The notes under the pieces: model-generated
Told to the model about the DNA's origin: nothing
What the model saw: the letters and a program-made list of their open reading frames with translations, nothing else
Databases searched by the model: none
Source: the human T2T-CHM13v2.0 reference genome, Homo sapiens
Length of the DNA: 64,000 nt
Assembly: GCF_009914755.1 (NCBI RefSeq)
Contig: NC_060937.1
Reading direction: 5' to 3' (one strand)
Program-made: the position numbers and the translations under genes
In this document: positions 56,988 through 64,000 of the stretch, in pieces
Layout: each line of letters opens with the position of its first letter
How positions within the stretch are numbered: the stretch's first letter is position 1

Positions 56988-57106
56988 TGTAACTATTTTA
57001 CATATTCTGTTTCATCATTTGCTGTATATTTTAGTAAAAGTTGCAGGTAGAAATAACTTAGAAATATACAGCAAATTATGAAACAATGTAACTATTTTAC
57101 ATATTC
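56988..57106. other. Templated-insertion scar with 20-bp flanking duplication
   Basis: tgtaactattttacatattc at 56988-57007 and 57087-57106 flanks a direct copy (57007-57058) and an inverted copy (57062-57085) of 56432-56483. Confidence 0.85.
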
Positions 57107-57684
57107 GAGTTACACCTTTAGTCTGATGATCTTCCAGGACTTCGGAGGGCAATGTTAGAATATCGTCTGTTTCAGTGACTCAGGCGCTGCAATCATTAAG
57201 GAATCTGAACAGTGCACCTTAAAAAATCTAATCTGGAAAACAATCTATGTACTTGTCCTTTGCCACTCAGACAGGAAATGGATAAATTCTGAACTAGCAA
57301 ACTTCCACCGCTTTTGTGAGGCCGAGCGCATTCTTTTGTTAAGGTCAAGCGCACAGCCGTCATCTCACCTTTCTGGGATTCACTGGAAATCACTTTGCCT
57401 TCTCGGAGGCATCAGGCACAGCTCAGCTGGCCCTGTGTGAATGGAAGCCACAGGGATGGGAGGTTTTCAAATGTAGGAAAAAGTGACCCTGCTTCCGGGA
57501 CCCCTTTCCCTGTCCCCATGCCAGGGACACTCCTGGTCTCAGCCTACCCCATGTCGGCCTCCTTGGCTATTTGTCCCCTGAGGCTCTGTGCATGCACTGG
57601 GTCTCAGGCAGACATTCTGTGGTTCTGGTGACAGACACAAACACAGCCACTGATGCTCCAAACTTTGCAAATATTCTCAGCCCC

Positions 57685-58749
57685 TAAGGGTGGCCCCAGG
57701 ATCTGAGCAGGCCCATTGGCCTGTTTTATTTGGCTTGCCTACTACTCAGAAAAGACAAGATTTCACATAAAAATCCAGCTTCCCATCCATTCTCAAAAAA
57801 TCTGAAGAGCAACCATGCAGAGCCCACTCACCAGGGAACAATGCCTGGAGCCCCATCTCTGTGATTCCTTCTTTGGCCACAGGCCTGGCAGCCAATGCAG
57901 CCCCCGCCTAGCCTGGCATGAGCCTTCCCCTCTGTCCCTCTCACCCCTGGGCCACCCACAAGGATGTCAGTGTATGAGCCCCGGATGAGAACACCTGGGG
58001 CAGGTGCCACTGGCTGGCCTTGAGTGTGACTGTCCCCTGCTGGGAATTCTTTTTCTGTGTGTCTCTTTTGAAGTCCTGGTTTCCCAGTGAGCTTCAGTGA
58101 GGAAGAGACATGACTTTCATCGTTCTGACCTTTAAGGCGAAGTCCTTGACCAGCAGCCTCACACCCACCTGGGGGCCTGTTTGGGATACAGAGTCTCAGG
58201 CCTGCCCGGGGCCTGCTGAGTGTGAAGCTGTGATTTCACAAGATGCCCAGGAGGTGCTGTGCTCATTAACCTGTCCTCGAAGGCACCTCCAGCAGGACTT
58301 GGAGCAGGTGCACAGTCGGCACTGGCCAACGGCTGGCAAGAGGGTGGTGCCGGAGAGTGGAAAACCTGGACCCGATCCTGAAACAAACCAAGAAACCAAC
58401 AGAAACCGCACGTGGGCCAATCAGCAGGGGGGAGCCACCGCCCCAGAATTCTAAGACCTTCAGGGAGTAACATGAAGAAAATTGTGGCCAAATTATGCAA
58501 CCCCATTTTTTAGACAGACTCTGTGCCACAGAGTTGAATGATGCCTGTGAGTTTTATTGATAAGATTTCAAGAGGACTCTGAGAATTTGTCTTCCTTCTC
58601 AGGTGAGTGGGCTCTGCATGATTGCTCTTCAGATTTTTTGAGAATGGATGGGAAGATGAATTTTTGTGTGAAATCTTGTCTTTTTTGAGTAGCAGACAAG
58701 CCAAACAAAACAAGCCAATGGGCCTGCTCAGATCCCGGGGCCACCTTTA
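57685..58749. repeat. Inverted repeat pair: 148-bp arms (57685-57832 / 58602-58749), ~770-bp spacer
   Basis: Reverse complement of the right arm aligns ungapped to the left arm with 11 mismatches (~93%). Confidence 0.93.
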
Positions 58750-60059
58750 AGAGCCGGAGCTCAGCAGTGTTTAATGATCCTCTTCCACAAGCCCACAGCT
58801 CTGCTGGGAGGTGTGCTCCAGGGCAAAGAGGACTAGAAGGTGACTCCATTTCCTACATTTCCTACATTCCTCTCCAGTGCAAAGAGGAATAGAAGGTGAC
58901 TGTTGTCCTCAAGGAGCTTAGAGTCTAGTGAGGGTGTTTGCAAATTTCTGTTTGTGGTGGGAAAATAACAAAGAAGAGGCCGTGAACCCTGAGGTCCTCA
59001 CAAGCCCGCCAGCTTGTTAGTGATGCGGGTTCCCGGGCTGTAGCCCCAAAGACTCGAGCCCAGTAGCGCAGTGGTGAGACAGGCACCCCCCTTGGTACGA
59101 GCACCTGTAGACTCCCACAGATGTGGTCAGCACCCTTCTCTGAAGCCCCGCAGGTGTTTGTCTCCCTCACACATATGCAAACACGTGTGCGTTTTTTAAA
59201 TGAATGGAGAATACGGTACTCACTTCCAGCTCTGGAACAAGGGAGGCTTCATGAAAGAGGTGGCCCTGGAGCCACCCTGCCTGATGGCAGGACTGGCCTT
59301 GCCTTCTCACTGACACTTGCTCTGGTTGTCTTTCTAACTTCACCAAATTCAAGACTACATGGGAGAAGCTTCTTCTGCTCAGGCCCCACGTGAGAACAAA
59401 CCACAGGCAGATTTGGGTTCATTGAGATAAGTGAAGTCTTTGTGCTTTCCCTTGGTCCCGACCTCCTGGCTGCAGCCTCAGGAATCCACAGCCTCTCCCA
59501 TGAAGGGACTCAACTCTCCTCCCTTCCTCTGCATGCCGCAAGGAGCCATGCGCGCTGGGGTAGGGGGGAGGAGGAAGCCTGTGGATGTCACGGCCCCTCT
59601 GTCTCAAGTGCCTCTTGGGTGTCTCTCATGCGTGTCACCATCCACTCAGCATGTCTTCACAGAACTCCTGAGAGCAGGGCCTGACCTCCTGCCACCTCCC
59701 AGACAGGCTCTCCAGCGCCCTGGGCCCTGGCTCTGGCCCACGAGATGTGCTGAAGCAGCCAGCACAGCAGTGAGCCACTGCTCTGGTGACCCCATGATGG
59801 CCCGCTGTGCAGATGAGGCAGCAGCAGCTCCATTGAGCAAGCCAGCGCCAGCTCCTGTCCCGCCACAAATACACACATTCTCAGGAACAACCTAGTTTTT
59901 CTCATCTGTAAATGAGGAGCTGAGAAAAAACACCTCTTCCAGCACTTAAATACTATGATCAGAAACTGTCACTACCTTAAACCATCTCCCAGGTACTGTT
60001 CACCATGAGTAGCACCTTTGTGTTCCATTTGCTGGTAGCTCTCTTTGCAGATCTGTGTC

Positions 60060-60740
60060 AGATGTTGTGCACAGCTGTGCATGGCTGTAGGTGGTCGTTC
60101 ATGTCTAAACGGTTGTAAATGTCTGCATTTGGCTGTGCCTGGCTTCTGGCAATTGTGAATGTGCATGGTTGTGCATGTCTGTGAAAGGCTGTGCACAGCT
60201 GTTCATGGCTGGGAGTGGTTGTACATGATTGTGCTTGGTTGTGTATTACTGTGAATGATTGTGAATGTGCATGGGTGTGCATGTCTGTGCATGGCTGGGA
60301 ATGATTGTACATAGTTGTGCATGGTTGTGCATGGTTCCACATGGCTGTGCCTTCCATGTGCATGACGGTGAATGTTGTAAATGTGCATAGTTGCACATGA
60401 CTGTGCCTGGTTGTGCATGGCTTTGCATGGTTTTGTATGACTGTGAACGGTTGCGAACGTGCATGGTTGTGCATGGCTATGCACAGCTGGGAGTGGTTGC
60501 ACATGATTGTGCATGGTTGTGCATGACTGTGAATAGCTGTGAATATACATGGTTGCACATGGCTGTGCATGGCTGTAAGGTTGTGAAAGTGCACAATTGC
60601 GCATGTCTGCACATGGATGGGAATGGTTATGAATATCTGTGAATGGTTGTGCATGTTTGGTTATGCAGCTTTGAAGGACTGTGTATGGCTGTGAGTGGTT
60701 GTACATGGTTGTGCATGGTTGTATGTGGTTGTGAACTGTC
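60060..60740. repeat. Degenerate ~10-bp minisatellite (gtgcatggtt/gtgcatggct)
   Basis: Repeated gtgcatggtt, gtgcatggct, gtgaatgatt; source of His/Cys/Gln-rich ORFs on the - strand. Confidence 0.9.
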
Positions 60741-61109
60741 TTAACAGTTCTCATGTGAGCAGGGTTTATGAGTTTCTACAAACACTGTATTTCCTCACAT
60801 CCTCCATAATATGTGCCACATCTTCATCATAAACCTTATACTCTCTGTCTCTCTCTCTTTTCTCACTCACTCTTTCTCTCTCCCTCTTCTTTCTGCCCCT
60901 CCACAAAAGACAGAAAGCATGTGTACCTTGGTCTGTAACTTAATGAAAGCTCAGTCTCAGAGGCTGTAGGTGTCTGCCAGGTTGCAGAGATGTTGTGGGA
61001 TCCAGTTCAATTGAAACAAAACAAGAACTTTTGCTAAAAGCTCTGCTAGAGATGCTTTCTGTATTAGATACATGTTGTCAACAACTCAGAGGAAATAAAC
61101 ACGTTTGGT

Positions 61110-61310
61110 TATAACTAACATGCACTGAGCACTCCGGGGAGCAGGTGCCATGCTAAGCCCTTTACTCAGGTTCTCTCATCTAATCCCAAGAACGCGGTCG
61201 GGGGGTATTGTTGTGATTCTATAGATGGGTTTGCATAGCCAGTAAGCAGTCCGGCAGGAATTTGAGAAAAAGGCACCTGGCTGCAGAGCTGCCAGTTGAA
61301 CCACTGTGTC
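61110..61310 (-). mobile_element. MIR fragment
   Basis: aactaacatgcactgagcact..ggtgccatgctaagcccttta..ctcatctaatccc..ctatagatg resembles the reverse complement of MIR. Confidence 0.55.
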
Positions 61311-61489
61311 GTGGCCCTCTTAGTTTACACCCTCACGTCCATGAAGCATTTGAATTTCTCAAGATTCAAGGCATTTTTCAAATATGTTTTAATAGTGCAA
61401 AAAAATCCAGTGAATGTTGAGAAATATTTTGGGAATGGGAGCAATGTTTGTGAAGCTCCTGCCAAGCTGGCTGAGACTTAGGGCCTCTT

Positions 61490-62240
61490 AGTCTTGCTCA
61501 AGAAGGGAGTATTTGGGACACTCACAGTGCAAGGGTGGGGCCTTTCCAGCACCTGGGGGGTGAGGACCAGGGGCGTCAGGACCCCAGACTACAGGGAAGA
61601 CCTCACCACGACAAACTTCCACTCAGAACAATCCTGTAGGTGAAAAGCCTGTTTCTATCTACCAAGGCCAACTCTGTTTTCTTCTGTAAACACAATAATA
61701 TTTGTTGTATGGTTTTAGTATATACTGAATTCTCCAGTAATGCAACTACTTTGAAAATCAAGAGAAGTCAGTACTTTATTTTGTCAGAACATTATTGAGT
61801 GTTGTTTATCATTGAGGAAAATCATGCCACAGACAGGAAAATCCTGTCATTACTGGCGTCTATGATGCATAGAGAGAATTGCTGGTGTATTGGTCTGCAT
61901 TTGTAACCATTGCATTCATGAAAATCCTCTCTATTAGGATGCGTAAATCCAAATATCTTTAGATAGCTTTTATTTCAAAATACTGAACATGAAGTCTTTG
62001 TAACAGGCAGCCGAATGTTGCTTCACTTCTCTGAAACCCGACTGGCTCATGTGAAGGAGAGGCATGTGTTTGTCTACTTCATTATGTTTGTTCACACCGT
62101 CATGCCCAGGTGTTTACATATCGAAATACAGGCCGTTGTAAATTAACGTCCTTTGATGACAGTTTATTTTAATTAATTTCCTATCTATAATATTATTTCT
62201 CAGGGGTGTGGATTACTCATACTAGCTGTGACTTTCATTC
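61490..62240. mobile_element. Possible ancient hAT-Charlie-type DNA transposon remnant
   Basis: gtaggtgaaaagcctgttt..tatatactgaattctccagtaatgcaactac..tactttattttg resembles recalled Charlie-family consensus; subfamily uncertain. Confidence 0.35.
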
Positions 62241-64000
62241 CAAGTAAAGGAAAGTGACAACGTGTTTGTCATGAAAGCGGGTGCCATTGGTTTTCGATGG
62301 GGTTGGAAACCACAGCTCTGGGGGACACTGCCCTGCTTTGCCGCACGTTCAGATGATAGCGAATGGCTATGTGTTCAATGAGGCAGCTCTCTGTGCACGC
62401 AGTGGAAAACACACGTGTGTTCTGGGATAAATAAATAAATAATCCCTTTGATAAAGCAGGAAGTCTCTCTACAGCTTTCTCACTCTGCCACTGAAAAGCT
62501 GCTAGCTTAATAAAGCCATCAAAGTTTTCGCATTCTGACGCCACAAAGGCAGTGAATAGCGACAACTTTGACTTTTAATCGAAGCTGCAGCATTTGAAGA
62601 ACAAGGAGCTCTTGAAGGCCTGGAAGCCCAGCACCCCCGGCCGCTCTCGTCCTTGGGGCTATGCGCCCGCCAGACGCTCATGATCACAGCACGAGGACGA
62701 CTTGCTTTTTGAAAGGAGACCTCAATCTTGTTGCTTAACCCCCAAAACATTCATTATTTTCAGCCAAAGGATAACAAAAGTTATTTCAGAAATTTTTTTC
62801 AGCCTCATCTCTGGAGCACACTTCACCTCCTAACTTCCATTGACTTCGTCCCTCCCAGACACTCAGGAGGAGCTGGAGGACCTGGCCCAGCGATCGGAGC
62901 CTCACGGGGAAACAAGGTAGACTGCTGAGTCTCAGGAGATAAACATCTTAAAACGCTTTCAGATGTCAAATCAGTGGGCAGCAGGATTAAGAATGAGGGG
63001 GACAGGAAAGAATGGCAAGGGTAGCAAGGAAACAAGGCCTTCAGTGACAGGTGGATGGGACGGCGAGCTTAGAAAACATCAGCAGCTGCTAGAAATCTTC
63101 CTGGAGGTGATGATTCCCAGGCCCACTGGAAGCAGCACGAGGGTGCATTGTGAGCTGGGAGCAACTGAGGATCCAGGACCCACCGAGGATCCGGGACCCT
63201 GGGACCTCCCTGGACGTGCACCCAGGAGCTGAGCCACCCAGAAAACACCCAGCCGGGACACCCAGGGAAGGCCGGACTCAGCAAAGGAGCCCCCCACCCC
63301 ATCCAGGTGGGGTCCTGGAAAGTGGGGCCCCAAGGCCTGGAGGTCAGGGAATTGCGTCGGGGGAGATGGTGGCAAATGGAGACTGCGCCCTGGCCCAAGA
63401 GCCCCAGAGACTGTGCCAGGTCTGCAGCCTCAGAGGGGCTTTGGGGAAGCAGCTTTCACTCTCTGGGCTGCCAAAAAGGCGTCCGGTGATGTGACCGTGA
63501 CCTCTGAGCCACTGGACCCACCACTGGCCCTCTGTGGCCACCGCAGGCCCCACCTGCCAACAGGGCCCCCGCCCATGGCTACCCAGGGACAATCCTCTTG
63601 TGTCACCTTTAGGGGCTCTCCAAGCTCAGCTTCCTCCGACCCGGCCTCCCTCCCTGGGGCCAGCGCAGAATTGTGGAGGGGCAGAGGGTGCTGAGTGCCC
63701 GCACCCCTGTCTCACCCCCGTCTCCCCGAGGGGATTGCAGGCTCCTCACTAGCCGGGAGGGTTCAGATCCATCAGACGGGCCTGGCACGGGGTGAAGCTG
63801 TGAGGGCAGAAGCCAGAGTCCAGGGGCACAAGGTGACCCAACACCCAGCACTCGACGCAGAGCACCACTCACCTGATCCTCCCTGCTTCCGGGGACCATG
63901 CTTTACAGACAAGGAAATGGAGGCTCTGGAGCTTAGGTGGCATCTGAGGGCACAGGGACGCCGGGACCACCCCCTGCTCCCCAAGGCACGGCGCTCTCCT

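Noticed and set aside
60058-60754. His/Cys-rich 183-198 aa ORFs resembling metal-binding proteins
   Set aside because: Translation of the 10-bp minisatellite; no zinc-finger spacing.

Overview
Human (primate) euchromatic DNA, not microbial: it contains Alu, L1PA/L1M, THE1/MLT1, Tigger and MER elements, including a pristine AluYa5-lineage copy. No protein-coding gene is supported; all ORFs in the track come from repeats, low-complexity sequence, transposon relics or GC-rich chance. Bases 1 to ~27,440 are the right-hand part of a large 34-bp tandem array (~800 monomers). It has a highly homogeneous zone (1 to ~20,560) built as 34-bp monomer > 102-bp trimer > ~5.17-kb super-unit, and a diverged edge (~20,560-27,440) where new trimers have arisen independently. 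Almost every monomer carries a consensus 5' splice site (CAG/AAG|GTAAG) on the + strand, and one monomer type is complementary to U1 snRNA nt 3-13. The remaining ~36.5 kb is unique/TE-rich sequence with two CpG islands (~38.8-39.6 kb, ~51.6-53.1 kb), homeobox-motif clusters, a nested MER44>Tigger1>AluYa stack, a ~0.9-kb polypyrimidine tract, a templated-insertion scar (~57.0 kb) and a 148-bp inverted repeat pair that I could not assign to a known TE (57.7-58.7 kb). From recollection only, the layout resembles the 13q34 tandem array distal to SOX1 near LINC01043/LINC01044/SPACA7; this needs a BLAT check. Repeat subfamily calls are from remembered consensus sequences, not a RepeatMasker run.
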